Shown: positions 50,816-61,000 of the stretch, in pieces
Layout of the letters: each line of letters opens with the position of its first letter
How positions within the stretch are numbered: position 1 is the first letter of the stretch
DNA from: Candidatus Hermodarchaeota archaeon
Lineage (GTDB): Archaea; Asgardarchaeota; Lokiarchaeia; Sigyniarchaeales; SOKP01
Assembly (NCBI GenBank): GCA_048885925.1
Contig: JBHLLG010000012.1
Location: forward strand, 1-64,000
DNA length: 64,000 nucleotides
Reading direction: 5' to 3'
The notes under the pieces: model-generated
The model's database searches: none
What the model saw: the letters and a program-made list of their open reading frames with translations, nothing else
What the model was told of the DNA's origin: nothing
Made by a program: the position numbers and the translations under genes

Positions 50816-51349
50816 TTATTTTTTCTTTTTAATAAATGCGATATCACCAAGAGAACTTCCGTTTGATTTCTTCATATACTTACTGTCTTTCATATTGGCT
50901 TCAATCTCATCAACTTTTTTGATTATTTTTATTTTATAAACCGCTTCAATTTTTTTCGCTAATTTAACTGTAGGTTCTACCTTTCCTGCTTCAATCCTTC
51001 TAAGTAATGATGGTTTCTCGTTCAATTTCTGGGCAAATTGATCTTGGTTGAGTCCAAGTGAATTTCGCACATTTCTTATTTTTTTCGCATAATCAGAAAT
51101 CATTTCTACATCTTCGATAATATTTCCCTTTGAAACTTGTCGTTTTGAATAATTTTTCCTATTACGTGAAGGTACCTGATTATATTTGATAATTTTAGGG
51201 GGTTTTTGGATTTTTATCCCATGTTGAGCACAATTAGAGCATACCTTTATTTTAGCTCCTTCTAATAAAACTTTTTGCCCTTTACCCCAAATTATGCTTC
51301 CACAAATGGGGCATTCTTTATCAATTTCATTATATTTAGGTTTTGGCAT
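50816..51349 (-). CDS. mbf1: Multiprotein bridging factor aMBF1
   Basis: CPICG...EGAKIKVCSNC ribbon, HTH GLNQDQFA...RIEAGK, SLGD tail. Confidence 0.93.
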   Translation of the reverse strand: MPKPKYNEIDKECPICGSIIWGKGQKVLLEGAKIKVCSNCAQHGIKIQKPPKIIKYNQVPSRNRKNYSKRQVSKGNIIEDVEMISDYAKKIRNVRNSLGLNQDQFAQKLNEKPSLLRRIEAGKVEPTVKLAKKIEAVYKIKIIKKVDEIEANMKDSKYMKKSNGSSLGDIAFIKKKK

Positions 51350-51592
51350 AGAAACCTCTCAATTATAAACGTTAAAATGGAATTTTTTCAATATATGATT
51401 TTGAATTAGAATTCTTATAATTTACGGTTAATTGACATTATATTTTATAATCTATAAATTTTTTATAAATTCCACATTTTAAGTTAATATTCCAGAAGTA
51501 ACCTTAAATTTAAATGAATAAAAGTTTATTAATAAATTAAAGCATTTTCTTAAAAATACAAAATAAAGGAGAAAAGAAGGGGTACACTTTTT

Positions 51593-52801
51593 TTGACTAC
51601 GACTAAAGAAAAGAAGAAAAAAGAAGAAAGTAAAGATGGAGAATATCTTATAACATATACCAGACATTTAGAAAAACGACTCCGAAATTTAGAAACAGAA
51701 AAACAATTATTAGATGCTGAGAGATTGCGACTAGAACAAGAATTACATAGCTTACGGAATGAAATTGACAGATTAAGAGAACCTCCATTGGTATCAGCAA
51801 CAATAATAGATTTCTTAGACGAAAAAGGGAGAGCAATTGTAAAAAGTTCAACTGGACCGAGTTTTGTTGTAAATACTAGTAGAAAAGTTAAAAATGAAAA
51901 ATTAAGCCCTGGAATGAGGGTTGCCTTGAATCAAAGAACATTTGCTATAATGGAGGTATTACCCACAAAATTAGATCCATTCGTTAAAGGTATGGAAGTT
52001 ATAGACTCAATTCCAGATATTTCTTATATTGATGTTGGAGGTTTGGAAGAACAATTACAAGAAGTAAGGGAAACTGTGGAATTACCATTGAAGAAACCAG
52101 AATTATTCAAGAGGATTGGAATTGAACCTCCTAAAGGAGTTTTGTTATATGGACCACCTGGCACTGGAAAAACTTTATTAGCCAAGGCTGTTGCTCACGA
52201 AACTGAAGCAACATTTATAAGAATCATTGGATCTGAATTAGTTCAAAAATTTATTGGAGAAGGTGCTCGTTTAGTAAGAGAAATTTTTAATATGGCAAAA
52301 GAAAAAGCCCCTACAATATTATTTATAGACGAATTAGACGCAATAGGGTCTCAGAGATTAAAAATTGCCACTTCAGGTGATAGGGAAGTTCAAAGAACTC
52401 TTATGCAGTTATTAAGTGAATTAGATGGGTTTGAACAAAGAGGTGATGTAAAAATTATTGGTGCAACAAACAGAGTTGATATATTAGATCCTGCACTGTT
52501 AAGACCTGGTAGATTTGATCGTATGATCGAATTTCCTATTCCTGGAGAAGAAGCAAGGGGAGCAATTTTCAGAATTCATATAAGAAATTTAAATATTGGA
52601 GAAAATGTTGATTTCAAAAGATTAGTAAGTCTTACAGAAGGTGCAACAGGAGCAGATATAAAAGCAATCTGTACAGAAGCAGGAATGTTTGCGATTAGAA
52701 AGGATGCTGATGTAATTATTAATAAAGATTTTATAGATGCTGTAAATAAAGTTATGAATAAAGTTAAAGATCAATTTATTGAGTCTAGACTCTACTCATA
52801 A
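51593..52801 (+). CDS. pan: Proteasome-activating nucleotidase
   Basis: Coiled coil-PPL, KSSTGP OB fold, [28 protein letters not shown], HbYX C-terminus (LYS). Confidence 0.96.
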   Translation: MTTTKEKKKKEESKDGEYLITYTRHLEKRLRNLETEKQLLDAERLRLEQELHSLRNEIDRLREPPLVSATIIDFLDEKGRAIVKSSTGPSFVVNTSRKVKNEKLSPGMRVALNQRTFAIMEVLPTKLDPFVKGMEVIDSIPDISYIDVGGLEEQLQEVRETVELPLKKPELFKRIGIEPPKGVLLYGPPGTGKTLLAKAVAHETEATFIRIIGSELVQKFIGEGARLVREIFNMAKEKAPTILFIDELDAIGSQRLKIATSGDREVQRTLMQLLSELDGFEQRGDVKIIGATNRVDILDPALLRPGRFDRMIEFPIPGEEARGAIFRIHIRNLNIGENVDFKRLVSLTEGATGADIKAICTEAGMFAIRKDADVIINKDFIDAVNKVMNKVKDQFIESRLYS

Positions 52802-52872
52802 TTTTAATATGTATAATCTATTTATATTCTACTTGCTTTTTTTTATTAAATAATTGTTTTATTAATTATTCT

Positions 52873-53364
52873 ATGGAAACAGAAACACTTTTAGGATTTA
52901 GACAAATTAAAGCAATTTCTGATTACCAATTTGGGAAGGAAATTACTAATACTTTATTTGATGAGATTAATTGTATAAGGATTGAAAGATCTAAAAATAC
53001 CAATAAAATAAGACATATCTATTATAAGAATAATTTATTACTTACATTGAGACCATCATGTGGTTTTTTTGCTTTAACTTTATATTCATCAGAAAAAATA
53101 GTTAAAAGTATATTACCTCCAAAACTAAGAGTAATTGTATTAAGTGATATTTCTGAATTTATAAAAAAGGGAAGGAATGTTTTCTGCAAACATGTAGTTG
53201 AGATTGATGAAAATTTAAGACCAATGGATGAAGTAATTGTAGTGAATCAAACCGATGAATTATTGGGTATTGGGAAATTAAAAATTCCAGTTCCATATGT
53301 TAAACATTTTACAAGAGGAATTGCTGTAAACATAAGAAAGGGATGGAATAAATCAAAAATTTAA
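52873..53364 (+). CDS. PUA-domain protein (archaeosine TGT C-terminal-like)
   Basis: DYQFG, LLTLR, GRNVFCKHV...LRPMDEV.VV, GIAVNIRKG. Confidence 0.85.
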   Translation: METETLLGFRQIKAISDYQFGKEITNTLFDEINCIRIERSKNTNKIRHIYYKNNLLLTLRPSCGFFALTLYSSEKIVKSILPPKLRVIVLSDISEFIKKGRNVFCKHVVEIDENLRPMDEVIVVNQTDELLGIGKLKIPVPYVKHFTRGIAVNIRKGWNKSKI

Positions 53365-53417
53365 GTCTAGAATTATTATATAATTTAAAATAAATAATAG
53401 TTTTAATGTGAAGAAAA

Positions 53418-53897
53418 TTGGTAAAACTTCCAAAAGAACTACAGAGTAGGGAAAAAAGTAAACCAAAACGCCCACAACCAATTAAAAAACGAGAAGGGCA
53501 ACAATTTGGATCGAGGCAAATGAGAAGAAGAATGGCTCAACAAGGTATTGACATGGAAGAAGTTGATGCAACAAGAGTTATAATTGAAGGATTAGAAAAA
53601 ACCTTGATAATAGACCAACCTGAAGTTGTTCTAATGAAACAAGCAGGTCAAGAAATATATCAGGTAATAGGAAATGCAGAAGAAGCATCTACTGGCAGTA
53701 TTTCATTTGAAAGAGAAGAAAAAGCTGAAGAATTACAAGCTTTAGAAGAAACAGAATTAAAACCGATAATAACAGAAAATGATATAATTTTAGTTGCATC
53801 TCAAGCAAATGTAGATAAGAAAGAAGCAGAAGCGGTATTAGCAGAATGTAATGGAGATATTGCAAAAGCGATTTTATTGTTAAAAAATCGACCTTAA
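53418..53897 (+). CDS. nac: Nascent polypeptide-associated complex protein
   Basis: RQMRRRMAQQGIDMEEV, YQVIG, UBA EDI.LV.SQA...GDIAKAILLL. Confidence 0.93.
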   Translation: MVKLPKELQSREKSKPKRPQPIKKREGQQFGSRQMRRRMAQQGIDMEEVDATRVIIEGLEKTLIIDQPEVVLMKQAGQEIYQVIGNAEEASTGSISFEREEKAEELQALEETELKPIITENDIILVASQANVDKKEAEAVLAECNGDIAKAILLLKNRP

Positions 53898-53974
53898 TAT
53901 ATACAAAGTTTAAACAATAAACATTAAGAATTATCAAATTTTTAATATTCAAAAAGACTTTAAATTGATTTTAT

Positions 53975-54328
53975 ATGTCAAAAATAAAGAAAAAAGGAAA
54001 GCAAGGTATATCCACAATTTCAGAATTAGATATTAAGTTTGAAAAAATTATTAAATTCTCAGGATGGATATTTTTATTGGCGTTGATAGGATTCCTCGGA
54101 GCTTGGGTAGTTTTAGATACTATGCTAGAAATGATAAAATTAGATCTTAACGCTATGACTTTTTCTTTTATTATATTTATTGGTACCAACTCTGCTATCA
54201 GTTTTGGTTTGGCTACATTAATCAAAAATAATAGAGATAGAAAAAGAGAATTTTTTCATGACTGGTTAATAGGAGAATTTATTTTTGGTATGTTAGCAAT
54301 TTTTGCTGTAGCCATATATGTTTGGTAA
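53975..54328 (+). CDS. Membrane protein (3 TM)
   Basis: 117 aa with three hydrophobic helices. Confidence 0.65.
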   Translation: MSKIKKKGKQGISTISELDIKFEKIIKFSGWIFLLALIGFLGAWVVLDTMLEMIKLDLNAMTFSFIIFIGTNSAISFGLATLIKNNRDRKREFFHDWLIGEFIFGMLAIFAVAIYVW

Positions 54329-54378
54329 GAGCTTAAAATTTGTTTCTTTAAATAAAAAGTTTTAAAAAAAAATTGATA

Positions 54379-54717
54379 TTACACGTAATCCTCCCTTGCG
54401 GGATTGAAAACTTCTATTACTTCTGCTTGTTCTAATATGAATGCCCCGTGTTTTTCTTCAGATTCAAACACATAACTATCTCCTTCAATAGCTATAAATT
54501 CTCCATCTTCTGTTTCAAATTTAATTTTTCCTTTAATTACATATCCTATTTGGTATTCTTTATGGTGGTGTATAGGAACCTCAGCATTTTTTTCAAGTTT
54601 AAAATTACATAACATCAAATTCTTATTATATATTAAAGTTCTACGATAAATCCCTTTTAGAACTTCTATAGGTTCAACTTCTTTTTTGTTTTTTGTTCTT
54701 ATTCTCTTTTTTATCAT
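54379..54717 (-). CDS. Cupin-domain protein
   Basis: VPIHHHKEYQIGYVIKG...GDSY.F.....HG...EVFNPAREDY. Confidence 0.88.
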   Translation of the reverse strand: MIKKRIRTKNKKEVEPIEVLKGIYRRTLIYNKNLMLCNFKLEKNAEVPIHHHKEYQIGYVIKGKIKFETEDGEFIAIEGDSYVFESEEKHGAFILEQAEVIEVFNPAREDYV

Positions 54718-55144
54718 GATAGAAATTCCTTTTAAAAAAATTATGTCTCATTTTTTTACTTAAATATATTTATTTTTACCTCTTATAAAATTTTTATAGT
54801 AAAATTTGAGAAAAATTGAGCATAAGTACGACATTAATTTATATTAAATGCAATTACAGAATTAATAAATTAGAAATTGAGAAGACTCCAAATTGTTAAG
54901 AATTTTTTCGTAACTTTAATAGATAATTTTTAAATAATCAAATAAAGAGTTAATAAAATAAGTTTAAATTGGAAAAATAAATAAATTTTTATATCAAAAG
55001 AGGTAAAATATTAACGATAATAAATAATTAATAATTCTCTAAATTCAGTTCATGTCACCGACAAAATATTTTAATCGAAACTATTATATTATCTTATTTT
55101 TTTTAAATTAAATATTTAAATATTGAAAAAGGGGTATAATTTCT

Positions 55145-57280
55145 TTGGTATTGGTATCAAATTCTAAACATAAAAAAGAAAAGGAAGTTGAAAATATAAA
55201 TCGCAAATATTTAACTAAATTATTACCTACAGTTTTTAGAACTGAAGGTGATGTAGTACCATTTAATTTTTCCAAAATCGAAGAAAGTATAATATATGAA
55301 ACAGGTTTGGACCAAAACTCAGCCAATAAGATTACTGAATTAGTAGTTAGAAGAATTATCTCTTCGGGTATTAAATTTTTATCAGGTCCCCACATTAGAG
55401 AGATTGTCTGCTCAATCTTATCTGAACAGCATTTTGAGGATGAGCGTAAAATATACACAAGGATTGGAATGCCTTTAATGGATTACGAGGCAATTTTAGA
55501 GTATGGAGTAGATGAAAATGCAAATCAGGATATGAATCCCGAAAGCATACACCATTGGGCTGCAAATAGAATCTCTGATGAATATGCTCTCTTAAGAATA
55601 TTAGATTCTGAAGAAGCTCATGCACATTTATTTGGGGATATACATGTTCATATGTTAAGATACTTTGATTTAAGACCTTTTTGTCAAGAATGGGATCCTC
55701 GAATGATTCTGGAACATGGATTACCACCAGTTGAGAGTTGGGCACACTGTAGTAAATCAGGGCCAGCAGGTAGTCTACGTGTAGCGGTAACACATCTTGC
55801 TAAATGGCTTGGAATTATTCAAGGTGAATTTAGTGGAGGACAGGGTTATGATTATATAACTACCTTTTTAGCACCATATGCCTATGGTATTTCGGATAGA
55901 GAAATTGAACAATCAATGCAATGTTTTATTTTTGAGACAAATCAAATCTTTGCTGCTAGGGGAGGACAAGTACCTTTTACTTCAATTTCTTGTACTCCAA
56001 CAATACCTGATGGTTTATTGAATATTCCCGCTGTTGGTCCACATGGAAAAATAGTTGGAACTTATGGGGACTATAAAGAAGAATGTCTGAAACTTTTTGA
56101 TGCCTTAACTGAAGTATATCTACAAGGTGATCATAATGGAAAACTTTTTGCATTCCCAAAACACGAGATTAAGATTAAGAGAGAATGGTTAAAAGATTTT
56201 GAGTCCTCTTATTTAAAAGTAATGGAAGAAGTAGCAACAATGGGTACACCTTATTTCCTTAATATGTGTCCCGATTGGATGCCTGATGAAATTCATAGCC
56301 AATGCTGTAGAAAATTTCTTAGTGGTAATCAAATTCTTGAGCAATGTATTCTTGATCCTGAAAAAAGAAAGGTAGCTAATGTTTGGGAAAATTATGTAAC
56401 TATTGGCTCACTTCAAAGTGTGAGTCTAAATCTTCCACGTTATGCTTATTTATCAAAAAATGAAAATGAATATTTCTCAGTATTGGATAATAAAATCGAA
56501 CTTTCTGCGAGAATTTTACGTAAAAAATGGAATCTCATGAAAAAGAGGTTAAATACTAGACATTTACCTTTATGTAGTGGAAAAATAAATGGTAAAGCAA
56601 TTTTTAATATAAAGGATCAAAATCTCTCAATTGGATTTACTGGATTAAACGAGGCTGTAAAAAGTTTAACTGGGTTTGAATTACATCAAACTGATACATC
56701 ATATAATTTAGGAAAGAAAATTTTGAATTATATGGTTGCAAAATGCAACACTATGACAGAGAGAGACAATAAGTATTACTCACTGTGGGAACAACCTAGT
56801 GAATCGACTAGCAACCGTCTTGCTAGATTAGATTTAAAGCATTTTCCTAAAAAAGCCATTGTTCAATCATCTGGTAAATCTGCTTATTATACAAATTCTG
56901 ATCATTTTAGATATGACGCTGAAATCCCCTTATCAGTAAGAATTAAAAAACAAGGTGATTTCCATCCCATAGTTAATGGTGGTGTAATAACACATATTTG
57001 GCTTGGAGAGCAAAAACCTGATCTTCATGGTTTATGGGAGCTTACAAAAAATATTTGTCTTAATACAAACACCGCCTATTTTGCCTATACAATAGATTTC
57101 ATATATTGTCCTTCCTGCCAGAGAATGTTTCAAGGTTCTCAATTCCTTTGTCCTAGATGCCATACTGAAGAAGTTAAAATATACTCAAGAGTTACAGGGT
57201 ATTATAGCGAGGTAAATAGATATAATCCAGGTAAAAGGGCTGAATGGCAAGCTCGTAAGCGAGAATATTTATTCAATTAA
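55145..57280 (+). CDS. nrdD: Class III anaerobic ribonucleoside-triphosphate reductase with ATP cone
   Basis: ATP cone, AHLFGDIHVH, SGGQG, VSLNLPR, YYTNS, CPSC...CPRC, glycyl-radical motif SRVTGYY. Confidence 0.95.
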   Translation: MVLVSNSKHKKEKEVENINRKYLTKLLPTVFRTEGDVVPFNFSKIEESIIYETGLDQNSANKITELVVRRIISSGIKFLSGPHIREIVCSILSEQHFEDERKIYTRIGMPLMDYEAILEYGVDENANQDMNPESIHHWAANRISDEYALLRILDSEEAHAHLFGDIHVHMLRYFDLRPFCQEWDPRMILEHGLPPVESWAHCSKSGPAGSLRVAVTHLAKWLGIIQGEFSGGQGYDYITTFLAPYAYGISDREIEQSMQCFIFETNQIFAARGGQVPFTSISCTPTIPDGLLNIPAVGPHGKIVGTYGDYKEECLKLFDALTEVYLQGDHNGKLFAFPKHEIKIKREWLKDFESSYLKVMEEVATMGTPYFLNMCPDWMPDEIHSQCCRKFLSGNQILEQCILDPEKRKVANVWENYVTIGSLQSVSLNLPRYAYLSKNENEYFSVLDNKIELSARILRKKWNLMKKRLNTRHLPLCSGKINGKAIFNIKDQNLSIGFTGLNEAVKSLTGFELHQTDTSYNLGKKILNYMVAKCNTMTERDNKYYSLWEQPSESTSNRLARLDLKHFPKKAIVQSSGKSAYYTNSDHFRYDAEIPLSVRIKKQGDFHPIVNGGVITHIWLGEQKPDLHGLWELTKNICLNTNTAYFAYTIDFIYCPSCQRMFQGSQFLCPRCHTEEVKIYSRVTGYYSEVNRYNPGKRAEWQARKREYLFN

Positions 57281-57408
57281 TTTAGATATGAATATTTAAA
57301 TCTAATTATATTCTTTAATTCTAGGATAAATATTGAGCTTGAAGAATTTAAGAATGTTTTTCTATTTTTTAATTTGATTATTTAAATGATTAAAAAAACA
57401 GTATAATT

Positions 57409-57726
57409 ATGTCTGAAAAGAATTCTCTTAAGGATATTCAACTCATGGTTCATGATTGGATCACCAAACATGGTGGTTATTGGTCTCCATTAGCAATGTT
57501 AGCTGCTGTTATAGAAGAAGTTGGTGAATTAGCAAAAGAAATTAATCACTTTGAAGGATACAAGCCAAAAAAAAATATTAATGAAAAAGCTAAGATTGGT
57601 GAAGAATTAGCAGACATTCTTTATGCAATAATTTGCATAGCGAATTATTATAAAGTTGATTTAACTACGGAACTAAAAAATACCATAAAAAAATATTCAG
57701 AAAGAGATTTAAGAAGATTTATTTAA
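57409..57726 (+). CDS. MazG-like nucleotide pyrophosphohydrolase
   Basis: GGYWSPL, EEVGELAKEI, EELADIL, KYSERD. Confidence 0.9.
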   Translation: MSEKNSLKDIQLMVHDWITKHGGYWSPLAMLAAVIEEVGELAKEINHFEGYKPKKNINEKAKIGEELADILYAIICIANYYKVDLTTELKNTIKKYSERDLRRFI

Positions 57727-57742
57727 GCCAGAAGTCATTTTC

Positions 57743-58525
57743 ATGAAAAATTTCGAATTTAAGGGGAAAAATGTAAAAATTTGGGATAATAAATTAGATT
57801 TAAGTCAAAAAGGTATAAATGATATATCTGAGATAAAGAATCTTGAAAATGTAACATATTTGAAAGGATTAGATCTTTCAGGTAACAATATTCGAGAAAT
57901 TAAAAACATTGAACATTTAAAAAATTTAGAATCCTTAAATCTTAGATATAATCAGATTACAGATGTTAATGGGCTTGAAAATTTAACAAGATTAAAAAGG
58001 CTATTTCTTTATAATAATCGTATATCTGAAATAAAAGGCTTAAATAACCTTAATAATTTAAAAGAGTTAAATCTTTATGAGAACTATATAAAAGAAATAA
58101 CAGGTTTAGAAAATTTAACTGAATTAAACGATTTATATTTAGGTAGTAATAGAATTTTTGAAATTAAAGGCCTCAAAAATCTTACAAATTTAAAATATTT
58201 GAATTTAGAAAAGAATAAAATTACCGAAATAACGGGACTTGATAATTTAGAGAATTTGGTTTTACTTGGGCTTAAATGGAACCAAATAAGTGAAATTAAG
58301 GGCATTCATAATCTAAGGAATCTAATAAGGTTGGAACTTTCATTTAATAAAATTTCGGAAGTAAAAGGATTAGAAAGACTTAAGAATTTAATAGATATAC
58401 ATCTTGAGGGTAATCCGATTTATGAATCATATATCAATATAAGAATTAACAAACAGGCAAGAAAACAAGTTAAGTTTTTAGACGCCCAGGATTTAGTTAT
58501 CTATTGTGCTGAAAGAAATAAGTAA
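57743..58525 (+). CDS. Leucine-rich repeat protein (22-aa SDS22-like repeats)
   Basis: About 8 repeats of LxxLxxLxLxxNxIxxIxGLxx ending in GNPI. Confidence 0.92.
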   Translation: MKNFEFKGKNVKIWDNKLDLSQKGINDISEIKNLENVTYLKGLDLSGNNIREIKNIEHLKNLESLNLRYNQITDVNGLENLTRLKRLFLYNNRISEIKGLNNLNNLKELNLYENYIKEITGLENLTELNDLYLGSNRIFEIKGLKNLTNLKYLNLEKNKITEITGLDNLENLVLLGLKWNQISEIKGIHNLRNLIRLELSFNKISEVKGLERLKNLIDIHLEGNPIYESYINIRINKQARKQVKFLDAQDLVIYCAERNK

Positions 58526-58654
58526 AGAAATTATCTTATAAGATCTTATCTGCAATCTCATCTGTTTTATTGTAAAATTTTAATTGTTTAAAATGTTCTA
58601 TTTGTTAGAAAAAATAGTGAAGATTTTATAATTGAATAGTTAAATATAAAAAGA

Positions 58655-59833
58655 ATGCGCGAAGACGGCTTAAATAAGCAAGAAGTATTTAAAATATTGG
58701 AAAAGAAATTGGAGAGAGATTTTTCATATAAATCAGGTTCAATTCTAGGATCTATGTGCACTGAGCCTTTAAATTTCGGAGTAGAGGTTTATGTGAAATA
58801 CATCTCTAAAAATCTTGGAGATCCAGGTTTGTTTTTGGGGACTGCTGCCTTAGAGGAAGAATTAATATCTGAAATTGGAGAATTATTTAATGGTAAAAAT
58901 ATAATTGGAACTTTTACTACTGGAGGTTCAGAAGCAAACTTAATAGCTATGAGGATTGCTAAGAAATTAAAGCCAGATATCCCACACCCCGAAGTTGTAG
59001 TTCCCTGTACTGCACATATTTCTTTTGATAAAGCAGCTGATTTACTTGGAATTAAACTTAGGAAAGCCAAATTGAAGGAAAATTACGAATTAGATCTAAC
59101 TCATTTTGATTCACTTATAAATAAAAATACATGTGGCGTAGTAGGAATTGCAGGAACTACATCTTTAGGATTAATTGATCCCATAGAAGATATTGGGAAA
59201 CTTATAGAAGATAAGGATATATTTTTTCATATTGATGCGGCATTTGGAGGTTTTATATTGCCTTTTTTAAAAAAACTAAATTATCCGATACCTCTATGGG
59301 ACTTTTCTGTAAGTGCAGTTGATTCAATAACAGCAGATCCACATAAAATGGGACTAGGAATTATACCCTCTGGCGGATTTTTTTTAAAAGATCCCTCAAT
59401 TTTGAAAAAAATAGGATTTGAGATTCCATATCTCGCTGGAGGAAACTTTAAACATTTTCATATAGTAGGGACCAGATCAGGGGGAACAGTTATAGCATTT
59501 TGGGCGATTTTAAACTTTCTAGGAGTTAATGGTTTTTTAAAAATAGTAAATAGATGTATGGAAAATACTAAATATTTAACTAATCAAATCTACGAAATAA
59601 GGGGAATTAAACTGGCTACTAATCCAATTACAAATGTTGTAGGAATTACTACTGAGAATGGACAAAGCATTTGTAAAATTGATGAAGAATTACGAAAAAG
59701 AAATTGGATGTTAGGAAAATTTGAAGATTTCAATTTAATTAGACTAGTATTAATGCCTCATGTTGAAAAATCTCAAATAGAATATTTTATAAAAGATTTG
59801 AAAAAGATTTTAAAAAAGTTAAAAATTTCGTAA
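58655..59833 (+). CDS. mfnA: PLP-dependent L-tyrosine/L-aspartate decarboxylase
   Basis: ILGSMCT, NLGDPGLF, TGGSEAN, AHISFDKA, HIDAAFGGF, ADPHKMG, GTRSG. Confidence 0.92.
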   Translation: MREDGLNKQEVFKILEKKLERDFSYKSGSILGSMCTEPLNFGVEVYVKYISKNLGDPGLFLGTAALEEELISEIGELFNGKNIIGTFTTGGSEANLIAMRIAKKLKPDIPHPEVVVPCTAHISFDKAADLLGIKLRKAKLKENYELDLTHFDSLINKNTCGVVGIAGTTSLGLIDPIEDIGKLIEDKDIFFHIDAAFGGFILPFLKKLNYPIPLWDFSVSAVDSITADPHKMGLGIIPSGGFFLKDPSILKKIGFEIPYLAGGNFKHFHIVGTRSGGTVIAFWAILNFLGVNGFLKIVNRCMENTKYLTNQIYEIRGIKLATNPITNVVGITTENGQSICKIDEELRKRNWMLGKFEDFNLIRLVLMPHVEKSQIEYFIKDLKKILKKLKIS

Positions 59834-60120
59834 TATCCTATTTTAAACTCCTAATATTTGGATATAATTAATGATTTGTTTCTAATTGATTTTCATTGCA
59901 GGATAGTTTAATTCTCTTTAAGGATTAAAATTTCTGAGCTTTAAAACAATTTTAAAACAGAGTAATACAATTTTAATTGATTGAACCTCAATGAAATTAT
60001 TAATTTAATTAATTATTTTAATACTTTCCTTAGGTAAAAAAATATATTTAAAACAAATTATTATTTAATTATTAAAAAGTTTTATTGGGAGTTTAATTTC
60101 AAAAACTTAGAAGTACTATT

Positions 60121-60903
60121 ATGGGCAAAGAAAAAAAAACATTAGGAATCAAAACAACAAGATATTTTACAAAAAATTGTTCCAAATGTAGTTTTGAATA
60201 CCCTAATTGGTTTACAAATTGTCCTAAATGTGGAGCTGCATGGGATGATACCGAGCTAATACCTACAACAAAAGAAGTCAGTAAAAAGACAATAAAGATT
60301 GTTGTAAAAATTACTGAAGAAGATTTTAGTAAATCAATCTCTTATGTAAATTTAATTTTTAGTGCTGATCAAGGGACATCATGGTATCAAATGGAAATGG
60401 AGGCGAAACTGGATTATTATATTGCCGAAATAGCAGAAGTTCCAGTTGGTTCAGTTATCATCTATTATATTGAAGTTTATTTAGAAGATGGAGAAAAGGT
60501 TATTGAAAACAATGATGGAAATTACTTTTTTTATAAAGTAGGAATATCAATTGAAGAAGATAATAAAAAACCACCTAAACCAGAAAGAGCAATTATAAAA
60601 AATAGGATTAAAGAAACACCAATTAAACCTCAAAAGTATAATAAACCTCAAATAGAGGTACCGAAACAAAAATCTCATGTTACTCAAGAAATGCTTGAAA
60701 AATCCACTACAATTCCTCAACAACAAATTAGAGCTCCCAAAAGCTCGGAATTTAAAGTTTCTGATGATTATGATATAAGTAATGCTACTATATTTGGTAA
60801 ACCACAAACAAAAATAGACCCGGAGCTAAAAGTTTGCATTCATTGTAATTCGAAAATTAAGAAGATGTGGAGTATTTGCCCTATATGTGGAAAGAATCTC
60901 TAA
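60121..60903 (+). CDS. Zinc ribbon - Ig-like beta domain - low-complexity linker - zinc ribbon protein
   Basis: CSKC...CPKC; V.L.FS.D.G.SW...M...Y.A.I..VP.GS.I.YYIE; CIHC...CPIC. Confidence 0.75.
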   Translation: MGKEKKTLGIKTTRYFTKNCSKCSFEYPNWFTNCPKCGAAWDDTELIPTTKEVSKKTIKIVVKITEEDFSKSISYVNLIFSADQGTSWYQMEMEAKLDYYIAEIAEVPVGSVIIYYIEVYLEDGEKVIENNDGNYFFYKVGISIEEDNKKPPKPERAIIKNRIKETPIKPQKYNKPQIEVPKQKSHVTQEMLEKSTTIPQQQIRAPKSSEFKVSDDYDISNATIFGKPQTKIDPELKVCIHCNSKIKKMWSICPICGKNL

Positions 60904-61000
60904 TTACTATTTATTACCTTTTTGAATATTGAATTTTCATTTTATTATACAATTTCAAAATAAAAAAAACCTCAAGGACAAAAATATTAAAAATCAAAAT

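Noticed and set aside
26200-57280. Inteins in RtcB, Cdc6, DP2, Rpo2 or NrdD
   Set aside because: Protein lengths are normal and no intein or LAGLIDADG blocks were seen.
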